A DNA stretch of 64,000 nt from Candidatus Omnitrophota bacterium (GCA_003141835.1 PLNR01000004.1:13943-77942); one strand, 5' to 3'. Shown: positions 17,955-27,683, counted from the first letter of the stretch. The notes: generated by a model from the letters alone, not told the origin. Numbers and translations are program-made.

Positions 17955-18377
17955 TCAGTCGGAGATCTTTATGTATTGCTTGGGCGCAAAATTGTTTTCG
18001 AACGTCCAGACGCACGCGACGCATTCCGTGATGCGGAAGACCGCAAGCACGCCAAGGCCCAGCTCCTCGACGATAGGCTTCAGGAACGGCCTTGACGCGA
18101 CGATCGCCCTTTTGAGGTTATCATCGTACACTACTACGGCCTTTCCTTTCACCCTGACCTGGATGCCGCTCTTCTGGTTGAAGAAGCATGCCTCGACCAG
18201 CGGGTTGTCGCAGATCTGCTTGAACAGGTCTTTCGAATTGCCGGTATGGAATATTATGCCTTCGTCGTCGGCGCGGTACGCCATCATGCCCCTTACGTGC
18301 GGCTGGTTCCCTTCGGCAGTGGCGAGATTACAGGCGAGGTTCTCGTTGATGAATTTGATTATCTTTTCTTTTGTCAT
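17955..18377 (-). CDS. Pyridoxamine 5'-phosphate oxidase-like FMN-binding protein
   Basis: LATAEGNQPHVR, FHT...K....QI..NP.VE.CF, QVRVKG. Confidence 0.85.
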   Translation of the reverse strand: MTKEKIIKFINENLACNLATAEGNQPHVRGMMAYRADDEGIIFHTGNSKDLFKQICDNPLVEACFFNQKSGIQVRVKGKAVVVYDDNLKRAIVASRPFLKPIVEELGLGVLAVFRITECVACVWTFENNFAPKQYIKISD

Positions 18378-18986
18378 CTAAATATACCTCACGACGTATT
18401 CCAGTGATTTTTTCTTGGGGCCTTCCCCTTCCTTAAGCGGATAGCCTACGGGGATGACCGCCATGAACTCGCCTTTCGATTCCCCAAAGAATGAAAGGAC
18501 GTCATCCTTTATCAAGAACAATATCCCCAGCCAGACGCTGCCGAGGCCGAGGGATGTCGCGGCAATAAGCAGGTTCTCCGCAGCCGCGGCCGAGCTTTGT
18601 ATCTCCATCGTCCGGAAAAAATCCTTTGCCTTCTCTTTTTCTATCTTGAATAATTCGGTGCCGTGGTTTATCAGTATCCCCGTGTTCACGACCGCGATGA
18701 CGACCGGCGCGTTGCTGATGCTTCTTGCCGCCATGCGGAGTATCGAGGACGAGGGTTTTGGAAAATCCGAGGACTTGTCTACGACCAGCTGGGCAAGCTG
18801 GTGTTTCTTCTCGCCGCGGACTACGATAAAATGCCACGACTGCTGGTTATGCGCCGACGGCGCCTTATTCGCGGCATCGAGTATCACCTTGATAAGGGAA
18901 TCGCCTACCGGAGTATCCCGGAATTGCCGCACGCTGTGCCGGCGATGGACCACTTTTAGAGTATCGTTTGAATGGCAGTCTTCCAT
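18378..18986 (-). CDS. Nitroreductase family protein
   Basis: RRHSVRQF, APSAHNQQSW, NLLIAA.SLGLGSVW, GYP; start trimmed to ATG 18986 (MEDCHS). Confidence 0.9.
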   Translation of the reverse strand: MEDCHSNDTLKVVHRRHSVRQFRDTPVGDSLIKVILDAANKAPSAHNQQSWHFIVVRGEKKHQLAQLVVDKSSDFPKPSSSILRMAARSISNAPVVIAVVNTGILINHGTELFKIEKEKAKDFFRTMEIQSSAAAAENLLIAATSLGLGSVWLGILFLIKDDVLSFFGESKGEFMAVIPVGYPLKEGEGPKKKSLEYVVRYI

Positions 18987-19003
18987 ATTGGAACAATTAT
19001 ACT

Positions 19004-19480
19004 CTATGTATCCAGGAAGGCCAAGAGGGATTTTATTATGGTAAGCGGCGATGGCGGGCAGCCGGGAATATGCAGGTCTACAGGCAGGACCTCTTTTACC
19101 CCGCCGACGACGTAATATGAACCTTTGAACGCGCCTCCGTCGAGGGCGCAATCGCCAAGGGTTATGACGAATTTCGGCTCGGGCATCGCGTCATATGTCT
19201 TGCGAAGCGCCATCGCCATATTTTTGGAAACAGGACCGGTAACTAACAAGGCGTCTGCGTGACGGGGAGATGCCACAAAGTCGATGCCGAACCGCTGGAT
19301 ATCGTAAATGGGGTTAGTGGTAGCGATTATCTCGGATTCGCAGCCGTTGCATGAACCGGTGTCGACTTCCCTGATGTGGAAAGACCTCCCGAACTTCTTG
19401 AATATATGCGCTTTCAGGTCTTCGCCCAGTTTCTCGGTGACTACGCCCTTCATTATCCTGTTCTTCAAAATATTCTTCAT
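19004..19480 (-). CDS. Ehr small subunit (HyfI/NuoB-like, Fe-S)
   Basis: GSCNGCESE, SPRHAD.LLVTG, GDCA, PGCPP; start at ATG 19480 overlapping the upstream stop. Confidence 0.92.
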   Translation of the reverse strand: MKNILKNRIMKGVVTEKLGEDLKAHIFKKFGRSFHIREVDTGSCNGCESEIIATTNPIYDIQRFGIDFVASPRHADALLVTGPVSKNMAMALRKTYDAMPEPKFVITLGDCALDGGAFKGSYYVVGGVKEVLPVDLHIPGCPPSPLTIIKSLLAFLDT

Positions 19481-21006
19481 AGGTCGTTCCCCGGGTACGA
19501 AAGATCGAAGCTCTTGTTGCAAAGCGGGAAATCAGGGATTATGTTGCCGAGCACCGCGAAACACAGCCCCTGCCAGTTATGGAAAGACGGGTCGACTATC
19601 TTGCATCTCTCTATCCGGCCCGAGGCATCTGTTTTTATCCAAAAAAGGACCGGCCCCCTCCACCCCTCGGCATAACCGATGCCGCAGCCGGCTTCAGGCG
19701 CGGATTTTTTAGCGGCCGATATGTCGGCCGGGGCCATGATCCTAGCAAATTCCCTTATGAGCCGCACCGATTCCTCGATTTCCCTCAGGCGTACGTTCAG
19801 GCGCGCGAGGACATCGCCCTCTTCTTCTCTTACGAGCTTGAAATTCGCGGCAGAATAAACACCGGGGAATGTCTTCCGCAGATCCATCGGTATGCCTGAT
19901 GCGCGGGCCGCAAGCCCGACTATGCCGAGGTCAACGGCGGTCTTCTTCTTTAATATGCCTGTCTTATCGGCCCGGTCCATGAAAGATATGCTGGATAGAA
20001 GCATCCTTTTAAGTTCCCTGAAATCTTTCGATATCCCGTCGAGGAAATCCAGCAAAACTTTCCTCTCCGACCCGCCGAGGTCCCTGTTCACCCCGCCTAC
20101 GGTATTAACGCCTTTGAGATACCTGCTGCCGGATATCTTTTCGTTAAGGGCTAAGGTCTTTTCCTTTATTATCGAAGCAAATGCGTTCGGGAAAGTAAAG
20201 CCGACATCCACGGCCATGCCGCCAATATCGTTTGCGTGGTTATAGATCCTCTCGAGCTCGAGGTATATCGCCCTTATGTATTGCGCCCGTTCCGGGATGA
20301 GTATGCCGTATATCTTCTCGATCGCCTGGCAATATGCCGTGCTGTACGCGAACACGGAATCTCCGGAGACGCGCTCGGAAAAGCTTACCGCGTCATCCGA
20401 ACCGGCCGAGGGCATCTTTTCAAAAAGTTTTTCGACGCCACGATGGGTAAACCCAAGGCGCGCCTCGAGGTTTATCACCGGTTCCCCGGCCGCGCTGAAC
20501 CTGAAATGCCCGGGCCCGATTATCCCGGCATGGACAGGCCCGACCGGCACCTCGAATATCCCCTCGCCTTCGACTTTCTTGAACCTGTACGAGCCTTCCG
20601 CCTTTTGCGCCCGTTCAGGCGGGATAAAATCCTTGCGCAACGGGTAGAATCCCTCGAGCCATACCTCCTCGTGGAGATGGAGCCTCCTTAAGTCGGGATT
20701 GCCTTCCGGCTCGAGGCCGAACATCTCCTTCATCTCCCTCTCGAAAAGCGCGGCCGAGAAGACGTCTTTTGATATCGATTCAAACCGGGCCTGCCCTTCG
20801 GGCAATTGCATCCTTACTAAGACCCATCTTTTACCGGCCCAATCGAGGAAAGCGCAATAGACCGAGAATGCCTTTTTCCCGGGCCCCTCGTCGACCGCAA
20901 AATACATCATGACCGGGGAAGAAAGTTTCTTATGGAGTTCCAGGCATTTGCTCCTGAATTCCTCCGGCTTTACGTCTATATATATTTCATCCCTGTATTC
21001 CATCAT
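19477..21006 (-). CDS. Ehr large subunit (HyfG/NuoCD-like) lacking NiFe-binding CxxC motifs
   Basis: FERE..EMFG, VGPVHAGII.PGHFRF, HRGVEKL; SERVSGD where hydrogenases have RxCGxC, DFPLCNKSF..Y.GNDL where they have DPCxxC. Confidence 0.92.
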   Translation of the reverse strand: MMEYRDEIYIDVKPEEFRSKCLELHKKLSSPVMMYFAVDEGPGKKAFSVYCAFLDWAGKRWVLVRMQLPEGQARFESISKDVFSAALFEREMKEMFGLEPEGNPDLRRLHLHEEVWLEGFYPLRKDFIPPERAQKAEGSYRFKKVEGEGIFEVPVGPVHAGIIGPGHFRFSAAGEPVINLEARLGFTHRGVEKLFEKMPSAGSDDAVSFSERVSGDSVFAYSTAYCQAIEKIYGILIPERAQYIRAIYLELERIYNHANDIGGMAVDVGFTFPNAFASIIKEKTLALNEKISGSRYLKGVNTVGGVNRDLGGSERKVLLDFLDGISKDFRELKRMLLSSISFMDRADKTGILKKKTAVDLGIVGLAARASGIPMDLRKTFPGVYSAANFKLVREEEGDVLARLNVRLREIEESVRLIREFARIMAPADISAAKKSAPEAGCGIGYAEGWRGPVLFWIKTDASGRIERCKIVDPSFHNWQGLCFAVLGNIIPDFPLCNKSFDLSYPGNDL

Positions 21007-22403
21007 GCCCCTCTTATTATCCCGATCGCCGAAGTCATGAGCCCGCTTAGAAGCGCGGGTAATTTAAACCCAAGCGTGCATGTAAAGACCAGCAAGAATA
21101 TGAACGCGATCTTCCCGCTTAACGGCTCTCCCTCTGCAGCCACGTCGGACGGCTTCTTCCCGAACACGACCCTGCTGATGTGGTATATGACCGCGCCGAA
21201 TATTATCGCCAGAAAAAGCAGGAAGAGCGCCGACTGGAGATAAAGCCCCTGCCCAAAACCCGAGATGAGTATCATCAGCTCGCTGAAGAATACCGAGAAC
21301 GGCGGCGAGCCGGTCAGGGCGAACGCGCCTATTATCAGCATGACGCCGGTAAAAGGCATGGCGTTTACCACTCCCCTCATTGCATTCATGTCGCTCGTCT
21401 TGTATTTTTTCACGGCGTTCCCTGCGCTAAAGAACATGAGCGATTTTGTGACCGCGTGGTTAAAGACGTGAAAGAGCGCGCCGAAAAGCCCAAGCGCCCC
21501 GCCCATGCCAAGGCCGAAAGTTATGACGCCGATATGCTCGACGCTGCTGTACGCAAACAGCCGCTTGATATCTTTCTGGACGACGACGAAAGCCGCGGAT
21601 ACGCCGAGTGAAAGCAACCCGAAGAAGACCAGCAGCCTGTCCGAATAGGACGTGCCTATGCAGATATTTATTATTGAAGTGAACCTGATGATCGCGTAGA
21701 TGGCCGTCTTAAGGAGAACGCCTGACAACAGCGCGCTTATCGGAGCGGGCGCCTGGCTGTGCGCGTCCGGAAGCCAGGTATGCATGGGCGCAAGGCCTGC
21801 CTTGGTCCCGTATCCGACGAGGATAAAGAGGAACGCGACCTTTAATACATTCGGGTCGAGCTTTCCGGCGACAGAGGCCATCTCGGTCCAGTTGAGGCTC
21901 GTCACGCCGCCGTCGCGCGAGGCGGTGTAATAGAATAATATCGTCCCTAAAAGCGCCAGAGTGATGCCGACCGAGCAGATTATTATATATTTCCATGCCG
22001 CCTCGATCGACTTCTTGCTGTTATAGAAACCTACCAAAAACGCCGAGACGAGGGTCGTCATCTCTATCGCGACCCAGAGCATGCCGAGGTTATTTACGAC
22101 GGTCACGAAATACATCGTGAACGCGAAGAGGTTAAAAAGGCCGTAATAGGCCCTCGCCTTCTTCTCTTTTATCGTCCCGGATTCCGCGTCTTTCGCTATG
22201 TACCCTATCGAGTAAAGCGCAGCGGCGAAATTCACGACCGATATCGTCAGGATAAAGAACGCGCTCAAGGCATCGATATAGAAGAAATCGAAACCGCTGA
22301 CCGGGCCTTCCCTTAGCACATACGAGGCAAGGAATACCGAGGCGGCCGATAGCGCAAGGTGCAACACCGCATTGATCACTCCCAACGCCTTTATCCTGTT
22401 CAT
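21003..22403 (-). CDS. HyfF-like antiporter membrane subunit
   Basis: EAAWKY, GYGTKAGLAPMHTWLPDAHSQAPAPISALLSG, KRLFAYSSVEH. Confidence 0.93.
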   Translation of the reverse strand: MNRIKALGVINAVLHLALSAASVFLASYVLREGPVSGFDFFYIDALSAFFILTISVVNFAAALYSIGYIAKDAESGTIKEKKARAYYGLFNLFAFTMYFVTVVNNLGMLWVAIEMTTLVSAFLVGFYNSKKSIEAAWKYIIICSVGITLALLGTILFYYTASRDGGVTSLNWTEMASVAGKLDPNVLKVAFLFILVGYGTKAGLAPMHTWLPDAHSQAPAPISALLSGVLLKTAIYAIIRFTSIINICIGTSYSDRLLVFFGLLSLGVSAAFVVVQKDIKRLFAYSSVEHIGVITFGLGMGGALGLFGALFHVFNHAVTKSLMFFSAGNAVKKYKTSDMNAMRGVVNAMPFTGVMLIIGAFALTGSPPFSVFFSELMILISGFGQGLYLQSALFLLFLAIIFGAVIYHISRVVFGKKPSDVAAEGEPLSGKIAFIFLLVFTCTLGFKLPALLSGLMTSAIGIIRGA

Positions 22404-22406
22404 CAG

Positions 22407-23027
22407 TTAACCTTTCAGCTCGGTGAGCTTGTCCACGTCTATGTGCGTGAACAGGCTGTTTATCTTATAAACGAAAATACCGAGTATCATTACCGCGAGG
22501 AATACGTCGAAGAATATCGCTATCTCGACTATGAACGGCATCCCGCCGGATACGCTCGCCGCGGCAAGGAACATCCCGTTCTCCATGACCAGGAGGCCTA
22601 CTATCTGGGCAAGCGCCTTCATCCTGAATATCATTATAAATACGCCGATGAGCGTTATCGAAATGGATACGAAGAACGCGGGGATCCCGGTGATCATCCC
22701 GGTGAATGCGTACGCCAGGTAAGCCAGCACTATCGCCGCAAAGATCGAGACGGTCGGGTTCGCGGAAAGCCCCAGGTCCTCTCCCACCTTTATCCTTTTT
22801 ACCACCCTGTGCAGCATGCGCGGGATCAATATGACCTTTATCAGGAAGAGAAGCGCGGCGACTACATATAATTCCGTCGAGCCCGACCTGTATGCCAGCA
22901 CGAACATCAGGAGGAAAAGGAAGAACGACTGGGCGCGGAAACCGTTTATCAACGCGGTCAGGCGTTTTGCCGCGACCATCGCGAAAGCCATCATGAGTAT
23001 TAAAAACAAAAATATATTTATAGGCAT
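22407..23027 (-). CDS. HyfE-like membrane subunit
   Basis: IKV..IP, QIVGLLVMENG, PFIVE...FFD, L.ELKG terminus. Confidence 0.9.
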   Translation of the reverse strand: MPINIFLFLILMMAFAMVAAKRLTALINGFRAQSFFLFLLMFVLAYRSGSTELYVVAALLFLIKVILIPRMLHRVVKRIKVGEDLGLSANPTVSIFAAIVLAYLAYAFTGMITGIPAFFVSISITLIGVFIMIFRMKALAQIVGLLVMENGMFLAAASVSGGMPFIVEIAIFFDVFLAVMILGIFVYKINSLFTHIDVDKLTELKG

Positions 23028-23028
23028 A

Positions 23029-23904
23029 TCAGTACCCCGCCGCGGAAACGATGACCGCCATTATGGAGATGACGAGCGCGAAGCTCAGGAGGTCCACGGC
23101 CCTGAAGAGCCTCATCTTCGCGATCGATACCTCGAGTAAACTCACCGCTGCGATCACCGCCGCCATCTTGAGGGCGAAATCACCCCAGGGAATGACGACT
23201 GCGGCGATCAAGGAAAAGAACAATACCTGCTTTATGTGCGAGGCTAATTCTATCAGGGCGAGCGACTTCCCTGAATATTCCAGGACCATCGCCTCGTGTA
23301 TCATCGTCAATTCCAGGTGCGTCTCCTGGTTATCTACGGGAATACGCGAGGTCTCGGCTATGGTCACGACAAAAAGCGAGAGCGACGCGATTATTGATGA
23401 AAGCTTTAATCCTGCGGGCGCGCTTACGGCCGCGAGGTTCGTCGAACCGGCGTTAAGCGAGACGGCGAAGACCGACAACAAAGCGACCGGCTCGACAAAG
23501 GTCGATATGAACATCTCCCTGGAGGAACCCATACCGCCGAACGCGCTCCCCGCGTCGAGCCCGGCGAGGGCAACAAAGAACCTGCCCAGGGCCAATATAA
23601 ATATGATGGCAAGGAAATCGCCCATATTGGAGAACGATAGCGTCGAGGCAAATACCGGTACCAGCGATAACGCGCACACTGATGAGGCGAGGACGACAAA
23701 CGGCGCAGCCTTGAATATCCACGACGTAGTATCCGAGACCACTTCTTCCTTTCCGAAGAGTTTGGCAAGATTATAATACGGCTGGAATACGCTCGCGCCT
23801 TTGCGCATCCTGATATTGTTCTTTATCTTCCTTATTATGCCGCTCACGAGGGGCGATACCGCGATCAGCAGCAATATCTGTATGAGTATTAGCGCGGTTT
23901 TCAT
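23029..23904 (-). CDS. HyfC/NuoH-like membrane subunit
   Basis: R.G...QPY..L.KL, LDAGSAFGGMGSSRE, R.PVDN..THLELTMIHEAMVLEYSG. Confidence 0.93.
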   Translation of the reverse strand: MKTALILIQILLLIAVSPLVSGIIRKIKNNIRMRKGASVFQPYYNLAKLFGKEEVVSDTTSWIFKAAPFVVLASSVCALSLVPVFASTLSFSNMGDFLAIIFILALGRFFVALAGLDAGSAFGGMGSSREMFISTFVEPVALLSVFAVSLNAGSTNLAAVSAPAGLKLSSIIASLSLFVVTIAETSRIPVDNQETHLELTMIHEAMVLEYSGKSLALIELASHIKQVLFFSLIAAVVIPWGDFALKMAAVIAAVSLLEVSIAKMRLFRAVDLLSFALVISIMAVIVSAAGY

Positions 23905-23905
23905 G

Positions 23906-25732
23906 TCAGGACCTCCCCACGAATATTATGAGCGCCAGTATCGTGATAAAGATATAGGCGATATAGACGTGTATGCTGCCGGGCTGGATCTTCCTCATCG
24001 CCTGCGCGGTCTTGATTATCACGTTAAGCGTTGGTTCGTAGATATAGCGCCTGAAGACCGGCGTCGTGAAGACCTCGTATTTGAACGACTTGACGTGGTA
24101 AAAAGACTCCCTTATCTTCTCGGTCTTGGTATAAGGCATCAAAAAGAAACTGAACGCGATACGGAACGGCTTTGAGAAGGCTGTGGCCGTATACTCTGTC
24201 CTCGAGTCGAGGTTATAATATCCGCAGCCCCATGTCTTGCCCTCGCAAACCCTCTTCTTGCCGGTACCGGCAAGAGCCCATGCCGCGCCAAAGACGAATA
24301 TGAGCGCAAGGGCTATGAGCGGTACAGAAAGATTTGTGCCGGACTGCGGCGCAAGCGTGAAATTATTAAGGGTAAAGTTCATTCCGACGGTGTTGATGCC
24401 TGTCGCGCAGCCTGAAACAACGACTAATATCTTGATCATAAGCGAGGCTGCAAGCCCCAGGATAATTGTAAGTACGGACATGGCAACAAGGGCGGACTTC
24501 ATCGAGAGCGATACCTCTTTCGCCTCCCTCGCGTGCGCGCTCCTCGGCATCGCCAGGAAAGTGACGCCGAAGGCCTTCACAAAACACGATGCCGCAAGCC
24601 CGCCTGTCAGGGCAAGCATCGCCGCGCAGAGGCTCAAAAATATCTTATAACTTCCCGCTGTGGCGAGCGCGCCCAGGAAGAACGCCTGGAGCGTAAGCCA
24701 TTCGCTCACGAAACCGTTAAACGGCGGCAGGGCCGATATCGCCATCGCGCCGACAAGGAACGTCGCCGCTGTCCACGGCATCAGTTTTATCAGGCCGCCG
24801 AGGTTTTCCATATTGCGCGTCCCGGTCGCCTTATAGACCGCGCCGGCGCCCAGGAACAAAAGCCCCTTAAATACCGCGTGATTGATAAGATGATACAACC
24901 CGGCGCAGAGCGCGAATACCGCCAGGACCGGATTGCCCATTTTGATAAAGACCATTGAGGCACCGACGCCGAGCAGTATTATGCCGATATTCTCGACGCT
25001 GTGATAGGCCAGAAGTTTCTTAAGGTCGTGTTCCATCAACGCATAAATGACGCCTACCAGGCATGAGACTACCGCAAGGACCAGCACAAGATTGCCCCAC
25101 CATAGCGAATTGACGCCGAGGATGAAAATTATGAACCGCACCATGCCATAGATGGCCGTCTTTATCATTACGCCGGACATTATGCTTGAAATATGGCTGG
25201 GCGCCTGCGGATGGGCGTAAGGAAGCCAGATGTGGAGCGGCACGATCCCCGCCTTTGTGCCGAACCCTACCAACAAGAAGATAAAGACGATGTTTTTGAC
25301 GTTATCAGGCATGAGCAGGCAGGCCTGCTTAAATGCGGAAAAATCGAATGACCCGGCGTATTTGTATATTATCAGGAATGCCGCGGTGATAAACGCGGTC
25401 CCGATGTGGGTCATGACTATGTAGATGGTGCCGGCCCGGACGGATTTTTCATGCTTATGGTCAAAGACTACGAGAAAATACGAAAGCAGCGACATCAGCT
25501 CCCATGCAACGAGGAAAAGGAAGGCGTTGCCGACCGTGACTACGAGCACCATAGACAGGACGAACGCGGTCATAAGCGACCACGCGAGGATCTTCTCCCC
25601 TCGTGAATGGCCTTCCTTAAGGTAGCCTATCGAATAGACCGCCGACGGCACCGAAACGAGCGCTATTACCGCCAGAAAAAACAAAGACAGCGGGTCAAAT
25701 AATAGTGAAAAACCTATTTTAAGATATTCCAT
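23906..25732 (-). CDS. HyfB-like antiporter membrane subunit
   Basis: GFGTKAGIVPLHIWLPYAHPQAPSHISS, KKLLAYHSVENIG, PPFNGFVSEW, WGCGY. Confidence 0.93.
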   Translation of the reverse strand: MEYLKIGFSLLFDPLSLFFLAVIALVSVPSAVYSIGYLKEGHSRGEKILAWSLMTAFVLSMVLVVTVGNAFLFLVAWELMSLLSYFLVVFDHKHEKSVRAGTIYIVMTHIGTAFITAAFLIIYKYAGSFDFSAFKQACLLMPDNVKNIVFIFLLVGFGTKAGIVPLHIWLPYAHPQAPSHISSIMSGVMIKTAIYGMVRFIIFILGVNSLWWGNLVLVLAVVSCLVGVIYALMEHDLKKLLAYHSVENIGIILLGVGASMVFIKMGNPVLAVFALCAGLYHLINHAVFKGLLFLGAGAVYKATGTRNMENLGGLIKLMPWTAATFLVGAMAISALPPFNGFVSEWLTLQAFFLGALATAGSYKIFLSLCAAMLALTGGLAASCFVKAFGVTFLAMPRSAHAREAKEVSLSMKSALVAMSVLTIILGLAASLMIKILVVVSGCATGINTVGMNFTLNNFTLAPQSGTNLSVPLIALALIFVFGAAWALAGTGKKRVCEGKTWGCGYYNLDSRTEYTATAFSKPFRIAFSFFLMPYTKTEKIRESFYHVKSFKYEVFTTPVFRRYIYEPTLNVIIKTAQAMRKIQPGSIHVYIAYIFITILALIIFVGRS

Positions 25733-25813
25733 TTACATTTTTTGGTTAGTTAGAGGTAATGCTGGCAGGAACTGGTGTTCATCGCTGCAGTATTACTTGA
25801 CTGTTGTGAAAGT

Positions 25814-25842
25814 ATTTTACGGCAAAAACGGAAAGTTGTCAA
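25814..25842 (-). promoter_or_regulatory. Sigma70 promoter of the Ehr operon
   Basis: Minus strand TTGACA-N17-TAAAAT about 80 bp upstream of the hyfB-like start. Confidence 0.75.
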
Positions 25843-25849
25843 GGCGACT

Positions 25850-25879
25850 GGGACAGTCCAGTGGAGTGAAATGTTATGC
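25850..25879 (-). repeat. Truncated attC (R''-L'' half only)
   Basis: Minus GCATAAC-ATTTC-ACTCCACTGGACTGTCCC matches the other attC left halves; L'/R' half absent. Confidence 0.75.
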
Positions 25880-25881
25880 GA

Positions 25882-26512
25882 TTATTCTTTATTTTTCTTA
25901 GATATGCTATCTTTAAATCTCTTAATTTTATTTGGAGCAACATATACATATTCAAGCATTGCAATTAGGAAATCATCTATGGCCTTTATTTCCGTTTGGT
26001 CAAAATTTACTTCGATTTTATGAGCGCCTATATTTCCTATAAATCTTAAACTTTCTGCCATTTCAACTATTGTATTAGGAATTAAATCTCTCTGATAAAT
26101 TGGCTATTTGTTCTTTTAAATTATTTCCTTTTGCCTTTTGATCTTTGCAGAGTAATTCCATAGATCTTCTAATCAATACCGCAAAAGCACTTGGTGATAT
26201 TTTTTCTACCTTTTTTGCTTCCTCGTAATTTCTTCTAATTTCTTCAGGTATCACTCCATCAAGTTTACGGGGAGCAGGATAAAGCAGCTTTGCCTTCTCA
26301 AGATTACCTGGATCTTCCGAAGCTTCCCAATCTCCAAATAGGCAAATGCCTTTACATGTTTTGCATTCCGTCAAGTAATAATACGTTTCCATGTCTCCTA
26401 GAGATGAGCCATCGAAATCGTATATTTTTACGCTGGAAGTAACTGTTGTTATTATAACGTGTGGCGTTTTATTGCCGCAATGGCTACAAATTAAGATTGC
26501 TTCTTTGTTCAT
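25882..26512 (-). pseudogene. DUF4145/HEPN-domain cassette gene, frameshifted at a GA repeat
   Basis: ORF 26075-26512 (CxxC..CxxC, AFAVLIRRSMELLC) continues in another frame as DLIPNTIVEMAESLRFIGNIGAH...EYVYVAP...* to 25882. Confidence 0.85.
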
Positions 26513-26528
26513 AATTATTATATCCTAC

Positions 26529-26603
26529 GCATAACGCTTGGACTCAGCGGCCAAGCCCTGCTAAAAGATACCTGGCGTGGTCCGCTGGAGTGAAATGTTA
26601 TGG
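26529..26603 (-). repeat. attC site (75 bp)
   Basis: Minus CCATAAC-ATTTC-ACTCCAGCGG...CCGCTGAGT-CCAAGC-GTTATGC; extra base in L''. Confidence 0.92.
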
Positions 26604-26612
26604 GTTTATATC

Positions 26613-27116
26613 TTATTCTCCCTTTACATCTCCGTTTTTATACAGAATAAGGCCTTTTTTATATTTAAGACCTTTGTTGTGTTGCGTGCAAGTAATAATA
26701 ACTGTATCCGAAGGCGAATCTGGCTTAGGCTGTGTATATGTATATTGCATATTCGTAACCGGACAGTTAATGATATCTTTGTCATTGGCGGGAATGTATT
26801 TGGGAATTAGATCCGTTAACTGAGCAGGCCATTTGCCATTATTTTCTTCGCTATGCAATTTACATACTATTCCAATCTCTATTAAATTGTGTCTACATGT
26901 TATAAGTTTACGAATGAATGGGGGATGGCCTCCCGTTGGAGTAAAAAGCGCCAATATGATTAAAATACTTAAAATAGCCCATATAAAATGTAAAATTGGT
27001 TGTTTTTTTATCTTCTCGCGTGAATTTGCAGAGAAAATGCAGCCAATGAACCTAGATGCTGCACTAAGCGATACGATTAGTAATATGATTGCTAAGATTA
27101 ATGTTAAAATTCCCAT
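26613..27116 (-). CDS. Cassette-borne membrane protein with pseudopilin/DUF1559-like C-terminus
   Basis: Two TM helices then C.HNL.EIG......ENNGKWP..L.DL.PKYI...CP pattern. Confidence 0.7.
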   Translation of the reverse strand: MGILTLILAIILLIVSLSAASRFIGCIFSANSREKIKKQPILHFIWAILSILIILALFTPTGGHPPFIRKLITCRHNLIEIGIVCKLHSEENNGKWPAQLTDLIPKYIPANDKDIINCPVTNMQYTYTQPKPDSPSDTVIITCTQHNKGLKYKKGLILYKNGDVKGE

Positions 27117-27140
27117 TTATGCCTTTTATTATTTTTCATC

Positions 27141-27215
27141 CCATAACGTTTGAACTCAGCGGCTGGCACCATAAAACAGATGGCCGGGACAGTCCGCTGG
27201 AGTGAATTGTTCGGC
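27141..27215 (-). repeat. attC site (75 bp)
   Basis: Minus GCCGAAC-AATTC-ACTCCAGCGG...CCGCTGAGT-TCAAAC-GTTATGG. Confidence 0.92.
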
Positions 27216-27218
27216 TCT

Positions 27219-27602
27219 TTATTTGATTTCTTTTAGCCACCTTACAGCCTCTTCTTTCAATTCTGGTTTATCCTCTTTGTGGCTAAAAACCATACCGTTT
27301 TCTTTCCTAAAAGCTTCGACCTCAATGCGTGTTTGTTTTTGATCGACATAAATCAACTTGATGTGAATCTCTTCTACCCATGTTTTTCCATAGCAGTTCC
27401 AGTATGTGTAGGACCATCCGCCTTTCTCCCGCTTGGCTTCGAAAAGACCATCAAATGAGACTTTTGGGATTTGCGATTGAACCTGTTTCGCGACGTCATC
27501 TATATAATTGGATACCGTCCACGTCTCAAGCGCGGCACATACAATTGATGCCCCGCTGACAACTATAAGCAGCGCTATAACTATTGATTTCATTATTTTC
27601 AT
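27219..27602 (-). CDS. Cassette-borne exported hypothetical protein
   Basis: Signal peptide (IVCA|A); fills the cassette. Confidence 0.75.
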   Translation of the reverse strand: MKIMKSIVIALLIVVSGASIVCAALETWTVSNYIDDVAKQVQSQIPKVSFDGLFEAKREKGGWSYTYWNCYGKTWVEEIHIKLIYVDQKQTRIEVEAFRKENGMVFSHKEDKPELKEEAVRWLKEIK

Positions 27603-27608
27603 CTCTTC

Positions 27609-27683
27609 GCCGAACGATTGAACTCAGCGGCGGCGATATGAAAACAGGATGCCAACGCCATCCGCTGGAGTGAAATGTTAGGT
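27609..27683 (-). repeat. attC site (75 bp)
   Basis: Minus ACCTAAC-ATTTC-ACTCCAGCGG...CCGCTGAGT-TCAATC-GTTCGGC. Confidence 0.92.

Noticed and set aside
18987-19151. Arg-rich extension of the nitroreductase ORF (also 19481-19522 of the Ehr small subunit)
   Set aside because: Overlaps upstream genes; not a real Tat signal; downstream ATGs fit better.
19477-21006. Functional group 4 [NiFe]-hydrogenase
   Set aside because: Both Ni-binding CxxC motifs are absent.
25733-25810. Fluoride riboswitch upstream of the hyf-like operon
   Set aside because: Such operons can carry one, but the GGCGATG...TAATGAC pseudoknot pattern is not present.
25850-27683. CRISPR array interpretation of the repeated CCGCTGGAGTGAA motif
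   Set aside because: Spacers are 400-650 bp and gene-containing; repeats have attC R/L box structure; no cas genes.
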